Virus record (IMG/VR): IMGVR_UViG_3300041405_000225
Span: 15,834 to 79,833 of that record
Direction: 5' to 3' (one strand)
DNA length: 64,000 nt
Source: a virus
In this document: positions 39,380 to 50,142 of the stretch, in pieces
Numbering within the stretch: position 1 is the first letter of the stretch
How the letters are laid out: each line of letters starts with the position of its first letter
Position numbers and translations under genes: made by a program
The notes under the pieces: generated by a model
What the model was told of the DNA's origin: nothing
Database searches by the model: none
What the model saw: the letters and a program-made list of their open reading frames with translations, nothing else

Positions 39380-39388
39380 GGCCGCCCC

Positions 39389-39859
39389 TTACTTGTTGGC
39401 GAACCAATGGAAGTGCAGCGTGCCGGCGTACAGCAGCGGCGTATCGTTTTCCCAGTCGATATCTGGCGTATCCATGACCATGGACGCCTTCAGGATCTCT
39501 TCCTTGCGGGTGTAGTCGTCCGGACGCCCACGGTAAGCCGTTGCATCAAACTGCGCGCCGCTCTCGATGAGCGCGATCAGGGCGTCACTTACGGTGCCCG
39601 CAACCACTTCATACATCGCCACCGGACCTTCAAACTTGGTCTTGGCGTTCTGAGGTTGCACCATCAACTGCCCGTTCGGCCCATAGAACTCCATCATGTC
39701 TTTGGGGGTCGCAACCGGCCAAGGGAACTGCTTGATCAACAGCTGAATGTTCTCGTGCCCGTGGATGACCAGCACCGCGTCAGCGGTCGAAGCTTTGCGC
39801 CCCAGGTCGTGGATGTTTTGAAACGTGCTCGAAAGAACAACATGAGAATTGACCGTCAT
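39389..39859 (-). CDS. bplB: P1 BplB-like tail tube protein
   Basis: GHENIQLLIK...YGPNG match P1 BplB. Confidence 0.75.
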   Translation of the reverse strand: MTVNSHVVLSSTFQNIHDLGRKASTADAVLVIHGHENIQLLIKQFPWPVATPKDMMEFYGPNGQLMVQPQNAKTKFEGPVAMYEVVAGTVSDALIALIESGAQFDATAYRGRPDDYTRKEEILKASMVMDTPDIDWENDTPLLYAGTLHFHWFANK

Positions 39860-39891
39860 CGGGGCGCCCCTGATTGTGTGTATTCAGGCCA

Positions 39892-39933
39892 ATGATCAGG
39901 CATAAAAAAACCCGCCAATTGGCGGGGTTTGCA
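39892..39933 (-). promoter_or_regulatory. Putative late promoter TGCAAA-N30-GATCAT with terminator hairpin in spacer
   Basis: Motif plus CCCGCC-AATT-GGCGGG-T7. Confidence 0.7.
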
Positions 39934-39944
39934 TGCTTTCCCGG

Positions 39945-41108
39945 TCAGGATCGGGCAAAGAAACGCTTGATGTCTGGCCGGTCCAGCGCCGTCAGTGTGG
40001 CCATGCTCACTTGCACAGTCAGGGCAATGAAATTGCCTCGGTTATCCTTGGGGCCAGTCAGCGGATAACTGATCGACTCCACCACCATGGGCGCATACGT
40101 TTGTGCCGCGTAGGTCAGCCCGATCAGCTTTGGCGTCAGCGACGGGAAAAGTGCCTTGATAAAGCTGTCCAAGTCGCGCGTGGTTTGCAGTACCTCGGAC
40201 AAAATCCCTTCTTCCGCCAGTTCCTGCGGGAATACCCATTCCAGCAGGCGCTGTAACGGCGCCATCACTTCCTTTGCTGCGTCCGTAGTTGCCCTGAACT
40301 CAACACTGAAATTGATGCGCACCGGCGGCATGCCGCTGAACACCTGGCGCGAATTGAGCTTTGTCATCCCGGTGCGGCCTTCCAGCTCGTGCACCGCCTT
40401 CTTGAGCTTGTCGGCGCCGGTGTCGAGCATGGCGCCGATCTTGCCGTTCGGGTCAGGGTTGACTGCCTGCAACGCATTGAGCACCGGCACCAGCGATCCG
40501 CTTTGAATCATTGCTGTCAGCGCTGGCGCCTTGGTTTCAGGCCCCATGTTTTCGAAGGGGCTTTGCCAGTTGAAGGTCGCTTCAAACGAGCCCTCTTCCA
40601 TCGCACCATAGACGCCTTCGTATTCCTGGATGTCCGCCACGCCTTTGGAGTCGCACACGAACATGCGCGCCATCAGCAGCGGCGACAGGCTCCCCCAATC
40701 GCTGCCAAGGTCATTACTGGACACCTTCAGGCCCAGCAACGAATCGGCGACACCGCCCAACCCGGAGGCGGCGGTGTCACCATCAAGAAATTCAGAAACA
40801 CTGCCGCTGATTTTCTCGCCGACTTCGGAAAAGGTGGTTTCACCGTTCCAAAGCGCCGAGACGGTACCGGTCACCTTTTCCGCGCCACCTTTGAGCAGGT
40901 TCAGGTTTTCTTTACCGCCAACGAACCCGGCAAGCGTGTTTTCCGCTTGTCGGGCAACACCGCCGATAACCCCCTCTCCCACCCGACCGACAGTAGTGGC
41001 GGCTGACCCTAGCAGTTTGTTCGACGTGCTGCCGGCCAGGGTGCCGGTCACACCCTTGAGGGAGCTGGAAACCAGCGCCCCGGCCTTGTCAAAGCTAAAG
41101 TCAGCCAT
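39945..41108 (-). CDS. pmgG: P1 PmgG-like baseplate protein with Gly-rich N-terminal extension
   Basis: NWQSPF...NSRQVFSGMPP...PKDNRGNF match PmgG. Confidence 0.75.
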   Translation of the reverse strand: MADFSFDKAGALVSSSLKGVTGTLAGSTSNKLLGSAATTVGRVGEGVIGGVARQAENTLAGFVGGKENLNLLKGGAEKVTGTVSALWNGETTFSEVGEKISGSVSEFLDGDTAASGLGGVADSLLGLKVSSNDLGSDWGSLSPLLMARMFVCDSKGVADIQEYEGVYGAMEEGSFEATFNWQSPFENMGPETKAPALTAMIQSGSLVPVLNALQAVNPDPNGKIGAMLDTGADKLKKAVHELEGRTGMTKLNSRQVFSGMPPVRINFSVEFRATTDAAKEVMAPLQRLLEWVFPQELAEEGILSEVLQTTRDLDSFIKALFPSLTPKLIGLTYAAQTYAPMVVESISYPLTGPKDNRGNFIALTVQVSMATLTALDRPDIKRFFARS

Positions 41109-41111
41109 GGG

Positions 41112-41831
41112 TTACAGGCTCATTTTCTTGCGCAGGCGCATGGACTTCGCACGCTTGATCTTCGCGGTACCGCTGAAGGCCTTGCGCTGCATCTTGCGAA
41201 CCGCCGACTTCTGCGCCGCGGTCAAACGCACGGTGCCGGAAATGCGCTTGTTGATGCGCACCTTCTTGCCACCACGCACCACGATCTTCTTGCGATAGGT
41301 CGCATCGAGCATGGTGGCATCGTCTTCACCGTCCACAAAACGGCCAGCATCGTCCATCATGGCGTCTTCGCCATCAGGGAGTTTGTCCAGCAGCGCTTCG
41401 TGCACACGCTCAGCCACGTCGTTGTCGAACTTGCCATCGTTAAATAGCGCATCCAGATCGTCGTCAGGAATGCCCTTGTCCGACAGGTAGTCGCCAACCA
41501 CCTCGGCAACCATGCCGGCGTATTCCACTTCGTCTTCGGTCAGGTCGTTATCGCTGTGCGCGGCGGTACCGACGATCAGCGCCAGCAGACGATCACCATA
41601 GCCTTCGTCGTCGCCCAGGTCTTCGGTCTGCGCCCACTCGGCGATCACGCGGGTGGCATCCAGGCGCATGTCTTCGGTAAAGACAATTTTCGGCACTGCG
41701 TCGTTGTTGTTCTCGTTGGCGTTGTCGAGCATGTTCCCCTTGTTGTCCGGGGCATTGTTGCCTTCATTGGCCTTTTGAACTGCCGTCGCAACGGCATTCG
41801 AGTTTTTCAGAACGTCTCTCAGCATATTCAT
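41112..41831 (-). CDS. P1 gp21-like protein (acidic with basic tail; prohead core-like)
   Basis: VVRGGKK...RLTAAQKSAVRK...KSMRLRKK. Confidence 0.8.
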   Translation of the reverse strand: MNMLRDVLKNSNAVATAVQKANEGNNAPDNKGNMLDNANENNNDAVPKIVFTEDMRLDATRVIAEWAQTEDLGDDEGYGDRLLALIVGTAAHSDNDLTEDEVEYAGMVAEVVGDYLSDKGIPDDDLDALFNDGKFDNDVAERVHEALLDKLPDGEDAMMDDAGRFVDGEDDATMLDATYRKKIVVRGGKKVRINKRISGTVRLTAAQKSAVRKMQRKAFSGTAKIKRAKSMRLRKKMSL

Positions 41832-41843
41832 GTACGTGTCCCC

Positions 41844-43490
41844 TTAGCTCTGACGGACGATTGTTTGTTGCGCGCGGGTGATGCGGTTCGTACCGTCGTA
41901 GCAGACGTCAAAAAGCACCATCATTTCGTCGTAAGGCGCAGCCTCGTTACGCTTGACTTCGAACTGCCAGCCCGCGCCATCCAGCTCAGCGGTACCGTTT
42001 AGCCACTTGGCGGACTCAACTGCCGGCAACAGCGTGCCCAAGAAACGGCTCATCATCGTGATCGAGTCGTTCATTGGTTTTTGCAGGGTTTCCTGGCCGT
42101 AGGCCGCTACCTTGTCATCCAGGAAGGTCGCCATTTCAGCAACGGCGATCAGCTTGGTAGCACCCGTGGTTTGCGCGCCGGTCAGCGAGTCAACCCAGGC
42201 GTATTTCGCACCGCTCGGGTAGTCCTTGAAGATGCACGGGTTAATCTGGTTTTCCGCCAGCAGCTCCAGTTCATCATCCGACGGCTCGTGCGTTTGGGTG
42301 ATACCGGTACCGGCCAGACCGTAATCGCTACCAGCGATCACACGGTTGCGCGGCGCAATGCCTTTGGCGTTCACCTGAGCATTACGCGCGCAGCGCAATC
42401 CGATTTGCTGGCCAGACGTACCAAAAAACGCCTTGCCGCCGGCAATCGGGTTCGCTCGTTTAAGCGGAGCCCAATAGGCCTGCCCGTACAGTTCTTTTAC
42501 GCTGGCGCCGATCGACTGCACGAACGCCGCCGCCGCTTCTGGCGAAAACCGGCCCGGCACGTCGAACGGGAACTGTTTGTTGATCTCTTTGCCCAGGTCC
42601 GCCATCAGCGACAGCAGCGCCACGTTTTCCGAACCGCCGGCATTCAGGTAGGTGAAGTTCGGGCGAGAACGGCGCAGGCGATCAACCGCCGATTCCATTT
42701 CCGCCGCGGTGTAAACGGTACGACCTTCGGTGAAGTAATTCAGCAGCGCCGAAGAAAACTTGGCCTTGCCGTTGGACTTGCCGTAGAAGCCACAAGTGAC
42801 CGGTACAGAAGCGCCGGAGGCGACCTCGATCACGTCCAGGTCATCGGTGCCTTTGTCGATCACGTCACCGATGTAGCTGCTGTTACCGAACTCATCTTTC
42901 GCCTGTGGATCCAGGGAGCCGGTAAACGGGCCGATGATCACTTTGGCGCTGGCCGGGTCCACAAACTGCACGGTGATGATTTTCGACGGCGCAGCCGCGC
43001 CCTGAGCGTCCTCAGCCGCCTCGGCGTTGATTTCGCAGGTTAAGCCATCATTGAAGCAATCCAGGTGCTTGAACGCGATCAGGGCGCCTTCAGGCAGGTC
43101 TTCGCTTTCGAGGCCAACGCTCCAGACAGCAGGCGCAGCACCGCCACCTTCCGGCGGTACCGTTGCAGTCGCGATCAGCAGTTTGTTTACTGCGTCAGTC
43201 GCGATCATGCGGGACACGATGGCCTGTTGCGTGCCATAGCGCAGCGCTTCATAAACCTGAATCTGTGCCTCGCCCAAGGCGGAAACACTCAGGCTTACAG
43301 CCGAGCCCAGTTTGCGCTCCAGCTTTTCGCGGGTTACCGGGAAAACTTTGTCGATACGCCCTCGGGTGAAGCGGCCAATAAAACCGCCGTTGTAGTCGGA
43401 GGCAACGGAACCGATCTCGGAATTATCCGCGATGAAGTTCTGCTGGACGCCGGAGCGCTTGTTGATGGCGCGAGACATTTGAACAGTCAT
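41844..43490 (-). CDS. Tail sheath protein (P1 gp22-like)
   Basis: GRFTRGRIDK N-terminal motif, size and synteny. Confidence 0.75.
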   Translation of the reverse strand: MTVQMSRAINKRSGVQQNFIADNSEIGSVASDYNGGFIGRFTRGRIDKVFPVTREKLERKLGSAVSLSVSALGEAQIQVYEALRYGTQQAIVSRMIATDAVNKLLIATATVPPEGGGAAPAVWSVGLESEDLPEGALIAFKHLDCFNDGLTCEINAEAAEDAQGAAAPSKIITVQFVDPASAKVIIGPFTGSLDPQAKDEFGNSSYIGDVIDKGTDDLDVIEVASGASVPVTCGFYGKSNGKAKFSSALLNYFTEGRTVYTAAEMESAVDRLRRSRPNFTYLNAGGSENVALLSLMADLGKEINKQFPFDVPGRFSPEAAAAFVQSIGASVKELYGQAYWAPLKRANPIAGGKAFFGTSGQQIGLRCARNAQVNAKGIAPRNRVIAGSDYGLAGTGITQTHEPSDDELELLAENQINPCIFKDYPSGAKYAWVDSLTGAQTTGATKLIAVAEMATFLDDKVAAYGQETLQKPMNDSITMMSRFLGTLLPAVESAKWLNGTAELDGAGWQFEVKRNEAAPYDEMMVLFDVCYDGTNRITRAQQTIVRQS

Positions 43491-43501
43491 GTGCAGCCCC
43501 C

Positions 43502-43900
43502 TTATTCGCTCGCGGCGTCAGCAGCAGCCTTGCCGCCTTTGCCGGTGGGTTTGGTTTCAACGACTTTCGGTGCCTCTTCCGGCACTTCGGCCGCTGGCTC
43601 TTCCTTCGCGACGTCAGGGACTTCGAAAACTACAAAGTCTTCATCATCGCTGCTGTAGCGCTTGGCCAGGGCCGCACTGTCGGTCACGAGAACCCACGCC
43701 TGTTCAAAGTTTTTGACCTTGAACTGCGTTTCCACGCCTGGCGCGATCACTTCATTGATACCCGTCGACGGCACCAGCAACGGCTTAGCCGCCTTGTGGG
43801 TGATCGTCGCCATGAAAGGGAACTTGCGCCCTTCGCAGATGGCTTTTGCCAACTCGCTCGGCTCGTCCCCCGCCCCTTGCTTAACCTTGATCTTCGCCAT
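43502..43900 (-). CDS. Putative virion protein
   Basis: Between capsid and sheath genes. Confidence 0.55.
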   Translation of the reverse strand: MAKIKVKQGAGDEPSELAKAICEGRKFPFMATITHKAAKPLLVPSTGINEVIAPGVETQFKVKNFEQAWVLVTDSAALAKRYSSDDEDFVVFEVPDVAKEEPAAEVPEEAPKVVETKPTGKGGKAAADAASE

Positions 43901-44504
43901 GCTTCACCTGTAAGCCCTTGTCTGAATTCCAGCCCTCGCGCACCGCACGCCCGGCGTATTCACGCTGAATCGCGCTGTACTTCTCGGCTGTCGGGCAGAT
44001 CACCGTCTTGCTGCTGAACTGAGGCAGATGCACGTTCAACTGCCGCACCACTACCCGGTTGCGCGTGTTGTTCGTAAGCGTCAGCTCGGCAGGAAATTCG
44101 GCAATGTCCGGCAGTCCCCACGACGTAGACTGTAAGGGCTCTTCAGACCCCGTTTCGGCGGTGGTTTGCTCCAGTTCTGCGCCGTCTGGCTCAAGCTCTT
44201 CCAAGCGAGGCGCCGGCTTCCAATCCAGCGGAAAACGCCCCATACCCGGGAAAAACTCTCGGCGTACAAACACAGGCGCTGCCGGCTTATCCTGGCCGGA
44301 CGGTGCATCGGCAGCCGGCTCAACGGGCGGAATAGACGTGACAGAAACATCACCAGCGGGTGCCTGATCAACCGGCAAAGAAACGGGCGCCGTAGCGCCC
44401 CCCTCTTTCTGGTTGTTGGCATCACTGGCTTTAGCAGCCGCCTTGCGAGGTGTAGCCGGCTTGGTGCCCGGTTTCTCGGTGGCGGGTTTATTTGCCTTAG
44501 CCAT
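43881..44504 (-). CDS. Putative virion protein, low-complexity N-terminus
   Basis: Directly after capsid gene. Confidence 0.55.
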   Translation of the reverse strand: MAKANKPATEKPGTKPATPRKAAAKASDANNQKEGGATAPVSLPVDQAPAGDVSVTSIPPVEPAADAPSGQDKPAAPVFVRREFFPGMGRFPLDWKPAPRLEELEPDGAELEQTTAETGSEEPLQSTSWGLPDIAEFPAELTLTNNTRNRVVVRQLNVHLPQFSSKTVICPTAEKYSAIQREYAGRAVREGWNSDKGLQVKHGEDQG

Positions 44505-44517
44505 ATCAGCCCCCTTA

Positions 44518-46206
44518 TCAGTCTTCCAGCAGGTCGACGTTCTGAACGGTGATTAATGCGCAGCCCATTGCAGAAGGCTGGTGCGGGTTGATCTCGGTCA
44601 GGTTGCGGCCATACAGCGCAGTGCCTTGCTTGAGGTCCGACAAGATGCCCAGCGGGATCAACGTCGGCGGCACGGCGTCGGAGGTGACCACAGGGTTACG
44701 AGCAACCTGCGAGGCGCGACCGATCGCCAACATCTGGATTTCGGTAGCCGTCTCGTCGACGTGACGCGGGGTGTAGTAGACATCCACTTGGTTCTTGTAG
44801 CGGCCCACGCGGAAGATGCCCGGACGCGCCGACACACCCGACGGGACGAAATCGTCACTGCCCATGGTGCGGAAGTTGGAAGCACCCTTGGCGCCGACAA
44901 AGATCATGGAAATACCGAATTCCATGGTGTTGTTGGCTACCAGTTGATCCACTTCGCCCAGGAAGGCAGCGAAGTCGCGCCAGCGCTGTGCACGGGACTT
45001 TTGCAGCAGCTGGTTAGCGGCGTCGAAGTTGAAAATTCGGCTGGTGTTGATCGCCACTTCCTTGACCTTGGCCAAGGCCAGGTAGAAACGCTCGTTCGAC
45101 CACTGACGACGTGCCGAGTTGACGGCGACGGTCAGGAAGTCTGCACCCAGTTCGTTCTGTGCCTGACTACGCGCACCTGGTGCAACTTGCATCAGGGTGC
45201 GCTGCTCGGCGCAGAACAGGCTGAAGCTCTCGGCCTTGACCTTGACCGCAGGTGTCAAAGCAGGGTTGGCTTCGTAGTCGATGAAACCCACGACTTTCGG
45301 CACAACACCCGCCGGCAGAGCCGGGTTGAATGTCAGGCTACCGCTGCCGTTTGCAGGCGTAACCGAACCACCAATGGCGTAGTCCGAACCTGCGATATTG
45401 ATGGTACCGGCGATCTGGCGAGCGGCAGTGGTTTGGTTCGGGTTGACTTCAGCCGCCACCTTGAAACCCGCGACCTTGACATAGGTTCGGGTAGGCAGCA
45501 CAGGCACGGCGGCGCCAGCGCCACCAATGTCAGCTTTGAATGCAAAGGTTGCAGTCAAGCGGTCGCCCGCCATAGCTGCAACCACAGTGCGCTCCGGCAT
45601 GGTGTACGCCTGGCCACCGTTCACGCCGTCCAGGATATCGCCGTCTTTGTACGCACCGAAGGCAGTGCCGGCAGTGCTGTTGACGATCGCCAGTTTCGAT
45701 TCGTTCGACGACAGGTCCGAAGGCAAAGCCGCCGCGAACGGGATGGCTTCAGCAAGGCCGCCGACGATGGCCACCGCGATACGGTTAGGTTGGTGAGACA
45801 GTGGTGTCGATTGCAGGGAGCTGGATACGCTGTCGAGCGTCACGCCGTCAGGCAAAACGAGTTGCGAACGACCATCAGCGACCGACATGCCTTGAAAGAT
45901 TGCAGCATCAATCATGTCTGCGGATGGCGCGAAGCCGTGCGAATGCTGGAAGCGAGCAATACCGTCGAGCATTGCGGCCAGGATCGTCGGGCGAGATTTC
46001 TCGTCGACCATGGACATCAGCGGGACCATGCGCGCCGGAAGCATGTCATCCGGGTTTTTCAGCGCCTCGGTAATCGCCGCGACAGACGATTGAGAGGTGC
46101 TGTCGAGCATGTTGCCACTGCCATGGCTGAGACGCACCAGCTCGCTGACTTTGGCATCATCCGACTCCAGCGTGGTGTCGGGCGCGTATTCATACTGTTG
46201 CGGCAT
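44518..46206 (-). CDS. Major capsid protein (P1 gp23-like)
   Basis: AGTAFGAYKDGDILDG...TATF...RTYV match gp23; GAGGTAGGA RBS. Confidence 0.85.
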   Translation of the reverse strand: MPQQYEYAPDTTLESDDAKVSELVRLSHGSGNMLDSTSQSSVAAITEALKNPDDMLPARMVPLMSMVDEKSRPTILAAMLDGIARFQHSHGFAPSADMIDAAIFQGMSVADGRSQLVLPDGVTLDSVSSSLQSTPLSHQPNRIAVAIVGGLAEAIPFAAALPSDLSSNESKLAIVNSTAGTAFGAYKDGDILDGVNGGQAYTMPERTVVAAMAGDRLTATFAFKADIGGAGAAVPVLPTRTYVKVAGFKVAAEVNPNQTTAARQIAGTINIAGSDYAIGGSVTPANGSGSLTFNPALPAGVVPKVVGFIDYEANPALTPAVKVKAESFSLFCAEQRTLMQVAPGARSQAQNELGADFLTVAVNSARRQWSNERFYLALAKVKEVAINTSRIFNFDAANQLLQKSRAQRWRDFAAFLGEVDQLVANNTMEFGISMIFVGAKGASNFRTMGSDDFVPSGVSARPGIFRVGRYKNQVDVYYTPRHVDETATEIQMLAIGRASQVARNPVVTSDAVPPTLIPLGILSDLKQGTALYGRNLTEINPHQPSAMGCALITVQNVDLLED

Positions 46207-46258
46207 AATTCCTACCTCGTTGCGTGTTTTGGGCTGCGCCCGATCCGTTACAGCAACA

Positions 46259-46300
46259 ATTCTGAGGTCGAAAAAAACCCCCAACTGGTGGGGGTTTGCA
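46259..46300 (-). promoter_or_regulatory. Putative late promoter TGCAAA-N30-CAGAAT with terminator hairpin in spacer
   Basis: Motif plus CCCCCA-CCAGT-TGGGGG-T7. Confidence 0.7.
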
Positions 46301-46323
46301 TGGTTTTCGCGCCAGCTGGAAAA

Positions 46324-49300
46324 CTACTTATGCAGCACAATCATCCGGGCACTGACTGAGGTTTGCGCCAAAAGCGCGTTGTCTTGGAACGTGCCGCCGG
46401 CCAGTTTTTCGACTTCGGCGTTGTGGGAGTCCAGCCAGGCCCGGAACTGCACGGCCTTCTGGTCGGTACCGAAAAACACACCCTCCCCCGCGATCGCCAC
46501 CAGCGTCCCGCCGCCGGCCAGCATGCCGTAGGCGCGCATGATGTGTTCGGCGTCCTGGCGCTTGGAAAACGGTGGGTTCATCAGGATGGCGTCATACTTC
46601 TCATCCGGCGTGAAGGTGTTGAAGTCATGGGCGACGACGTTGTACCCCTTGAGCGTCAAGATGTCGCGCAGCTGACTGCTGATCTCGATCACGTCCACTT
46701 CCCCGCCTTCAGCTGCTGCCGCATCGGCAAGATTGCCATTGCCGGCACTTGGCTCCAGCACTCGCTTGCCCTTGCTGATCCTGGCCTTGCGCGCCATGCG
46801 TTGCGCCTCGGCGGCTGGCGTTGGGAAAAAGTCGATTCCCACCTTCTGGCCGATAATGGCGCGCTCAGCTTTGACCACTGCGCTTTCTTCCTGCTTGGCG
46901 GCCATGTGCGGCAGCAATGCCCGGCAAGCGTCCTGCAACTGCGCGTCGTTGGTAATGCCCATGCGCTTGAGACGTTCGACCCGGGCCAGCATTTCCATCG
47001 GGTCTTTCAAGTCCCAAGTGTCTTTGATCGTGCCAAGTACCTGGTAGGCCTTGCGAGTGATGGCGATATCGCCGTCATTGGTCAGTGGCCAGCGCTCAGT
47101 GCGATCGCCCATCTTGTTAAGCGCAGCGATCAGCTTGGAGTTGCCCGTGGCCGCCTTCTTGGCCAGCGTCATCGCCGCGCTCTTAAACCGACTGGACCAG
47201 ACCAATCGACTCGGCATGCTGACGTGCCGCAATGCGTCTTCGCCCACTGGATTGCCGCGCCGCTCCAGCTGTTCGCTGTAGGTAAGCCCCCGCTCGGAAT
47301 CAAACTTGGCACGACTCAGTGCGCTTTTCAGCTCTTGCAGCTGCGCCCGGCTGGTCAGGTTGGCCAGCGGCCCGGCGGCGCCGACCTCGATCGAATCAGC
47401 AATGTTGTTCAGGGTTCTGCCGTCGGCCTCATCAGCAGCTGATCGGGCGTAGGCACTGGCTGCCATCCCGGCACGGCGGTGCGTGTTGGTTTTGCGATCG
47501 GCATTCATCCCTTCGGTGCCGCTGGCAATTGCCTTGTTACCGGCTTCGCGCAGCTTCCCCACTTGGCTAGCGATGGCCTGCTGCTGGCGCTCCAACGCCG
47601 CACGGGTGTCGCGCTCCTGCTTTTCAGCCTCCTGCTCAGCGGTCAGCATCGTCGGTGCCGGAGCGGCCTGTATGGCGCTGGTATCCGCGTCCAGGTGCTT
47701 TTCGCGGATGAAGTAACCACCGTTCATGCGCCAAGTGTAGGGATCGATCGCTTTGGCTTCGGCCAGGGTCAGGTCCAGGCGGATGATCCCGCGCAGCACT
47801 TTGCCCTTCTTGGTGGTGTACTCAATGATTGAGTGGGTCTGTGCTGGCGGCGCAGGATCTTGATCGGCCTCGGTCGGCTCGATCTTTTCACCGGGCAGGA
47901 TCCAGCGCCGGCCAGTGTTGTATTCACGGGCGTAGGCTCGGACCTTCGCGGGGCCTTCCTTGCCGTAGGCGAACACCATGGCGTCTTTTTTGGACTCATC
48001 GGCAATCATTAAGCCGTCTTGCAGCACCAGAAATTCGCGCCGGCTGCCGTAGACAGGAATTGCACCCACTTCTGGCGGCTCAGCCAGCACACCCGGCTCA
48101 ACCAACTGCGTGCCGGCACCCGTCGTGCTGGTGGTGCTCGATCCTTTCGGTAGCGTGGTGTTGGGCAGGATGGTGCCGCCCTTATAAAACTCACCGTTCA
48201 TGCCGATTGTGCCGCCAGCTGGGGCGCGGCCTTGATCGGCGAGCGGTACTGGCTTCGCCGCACCGCTGACAAACGTGGCCAGCGTAATGCCTGGCGCAAG
48301 GGAGAACGGGTTTGACTGCGCGCGCAGGTTGTTGAGCACGTACCCATCCTGACGCAGCTGCGCCAATGCGCTCGGGCCTTCTTTGTTGGCACCCTGCAAT
48401 GACAGGCTGCCCAGTGTGTTGCGATCGGCGCGCCCGTGTTGCTCCAGGTACTCAACGATTTTGTATTTGGCTCGCGCCACCTGGAACGCTTCCAAGGGAA
48501 GCTTATCGGTGCGCCTGGCGGCGTATTCGCTGAAGGTCTTGAAGCCTACGGCATTGGCGGCAAACTCATCGGCTTGGTTTCCGGTCAGCGGCTCAGCAGC
48601 GCGTTGCTTCTTCACGCGCTCCGACAGATGCTCATCAGCCCAGGTGCGCACGTATGCCAGATACGCTTCCTTGTTGGCCGACACCCGGCCATTGTTCAGC
48701 TTTTCAAACTCACCCGCCCGGATCCCTGCCCAGCCAAGAAACCCCGCATTACTACTGTTGGTCGGGAGTTCTTCCAGGGTGTCGAGATACGCCTGGTAGA
48801 TTGGGTTTTCGGCTTTGCCGGCGCCGATCGTTTTTTCGAAGTCAGCCTGTTTTTCCGCTTCCTGCTCGGCCAAGCTGCGCGCCGTTTCTACCGCCGCGGC
48901 TTCAAGTCGGGCTTTCTCTTGATCTTGCGCCAGCTGCTGATCGATCTTGGCCTGCGCTGCGGCATCGATATTGCCCTGCTTGCGCTGCGCTATGGCGGCT
49001 TGCTCATCCTGGTAGGCCTGCACGTCCTTCGCCGCGGCTTGCTCGCCAAACACAGCCTGAAACTTGTCGGGGCCCCACTCCTGCGCCATCAGGCTTTTCA
49101 GGTCTGCCAAGTCGCGGGCAATCCCCGACAGCACACCATCCACCGCCACAGACACGCCGCCGATTTGGGCATAGCTGTAGAGCACTGCGCCCGACGGCAA
49201 GATTTCTTGCGTGCTCGGCAGGTACTGCGCCATCCGCGCCTGACCCTTGGTTAGCAGCAAGCCCGTCGGGGCCTTCGTGTACTTGGCCTGATCGAGATAG

Positions 49301-50142
49301 GCCTTTGCATAGGCGTCCAGGGCATCCGCATCGCCCATCACCAGCAGACCGCCATTCTTTTGCGGCAACGTGCCGGTGACCATTGGCTTTTCGGCCCCAT
49401 GATCATTGGCCGCCGGGGCATTCGGGTCGACCGCGACGACGGCCAGAATGGTGATATTGATATCGTCGTCTGCTACAGTGTCACCGACGGCGCTTGGTTC
49501 CTGCTCTTGAGGCAGACCATCAAGCATCCCGTTGGCGGCGTCACCGGAGCGGGGCCCTACCCCTGCATAATCCGGTGCGCCGTTTTTGTATGCTTTCCAG
49601 CTCTCCCGGTCCGCATGGGAAATGTTGTAGAACAGGTTCCCTTTGCCATCCTCGGCCACCGTCACACCTGCGGTCACCAGCAGGTCATCGACTCTTACCT
49701 GTTTCTGAATGAAGTAGAACGCCACAAACGCGTCATTGCGCTCCTTGTGCGATTCCTGCCGCTGGCCAGCGGTACCGGTTTCCAGAATTTCCCGAACGTG
49801 CTCGATCAGCTTGGCTTTGAGCACGTCGGCCTTCATACCCTGTTTGGACTTCTTCCAACCCGTGCTGTTGACGCTCACCGGCCCCACCACCGACTGGATC
49901 AGCTGCCCCTTCAGGTTTTCCTGATAGAACTGGCGCGCCTTCTCAAAAGCGGCCTGGCCTTCGCTTAGCGGCGCCGGGGCGCCTAACTGACCACGGATCG
50001 CCAGCGCTCGGGCACTTGCCTGTACCCGCGCGATCGGCGACAGCCCGGTACCGGCCAAACTGTCGCGCAGTTTCAGTAGCTCAGCGCTCAGGCGCGCACG
50101 ATCGATCGGCGACATAACGCCGGGTTGGTTCAAATCAGTCAT
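46324..50142 (-). CDS. Polyvalent protein: LPD3-like domain and C-terminal N6-adenine DNA methyltransferase
   Basis: FFPTP, VLEPSAGNG (motif I), MNPPF (motif IV); N-terminal SPIDRARL hairpin. Confidence 0.8.
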   Translation of the reverse strand: MTDLNQPGVMSPIDRARLSAELLKLRDSLAGTGLSPIARVQASARALAIRGQLGAPAPLSEGQAAFEKARQFYQENLKGQLIQSVVGPVSVNSTGWKKSKQGMKADVLKAKLIEHVREILETGTAGQRQESHKERNDAFVAFYFIQKQVRVDDLLVTAGVTVAEDGKGNLFYNISHADRESWKAYKNGAPDYAGVGPRSGDAANGMLDGLPQEQEPSAVGDTVADDDINITILAVVAVDPNAPAANDHGAEKPMVTGTLPQKNGGLLVMGDADALDAYAKAYLDQAKYTKAPTGLLLTKGQARMAQYLPSTQEILPSGAVLYSYAQIGGVSVAVDGVLSGIARDLADLKSLMAQEWGPDKFQAVFGEQAAAKDVQAYQDEQAAIAQRKQGNIDAAAQAKIDQQLAQDQEKARLEAAAVETARSLAEQEAEKQADFEKTIGAGKAENPIYQAYLDTLEELPTNSSNAGFLGWAGIRAGEFEKLNNGRVSANKEAYLAYVRTWADEHLSERVKKQRAAEPLTGNQADEFAANAVGFKTFSEYAARRTDKLPLEAFQVARAKYKIVEYLEQHGRADRNTLGSLSLQGANKEGPSALAQLRQDGYVLNNLRAQSNPFSLAPGITLATFVSGAAKPVPLADQGRAPAGGTIGMNGEFYKGGTILPNTTLPKGSSTTSTTGAGTQLVEPGVLAEPPEVGAIPVYGSRREFLVLQDGLMIADESKKDAMVFAYGKEGPAKVRAYAREYNTGRRWILPGEKIEPTEADQDPAPPAQTHSIIEYTTKKGKVLRGIIRLDLTLAEAKAIDPYTWRMNGGYFIREKHLDADTSAIQAAPAPTMLTAEQEAEKQERDTRAALERQQQAIASQVGKLREAGNKAIASGTEGMNADRKTNTHRRAGMAASAYARSAADEADGRTLNNIADSIEVGAAGPLANLTSRAQLQELKSALSRAKFDSERGLTYSEQLERRGNPVGEDALRHVSMPSRLVWSSRFKSAAMTLAKKAATGNSKLIAALNKMGDRTERWPLTNDGDIAITRKAYQVLGTIKDTWDLKDPMEMLARVERLKRMGITNDAQLQDACRALLPHMAAKQEESAVVKAERAIIGQKVGIDFFPTPAAEAQRMARKARISKGKRVLEPSAGNGNLADAAAAEGGEVDVIEISSQLRDILTLKGYNVVAHDFNTFTPDEKYDAILMNPPFSKRQDAEHIMRAYGMLAGGGTLVAIAGEGVFFGTDQKAVQFRAWLDSHNAEVEKLAGGTFQDNALLAQTSVSARMIVLHK

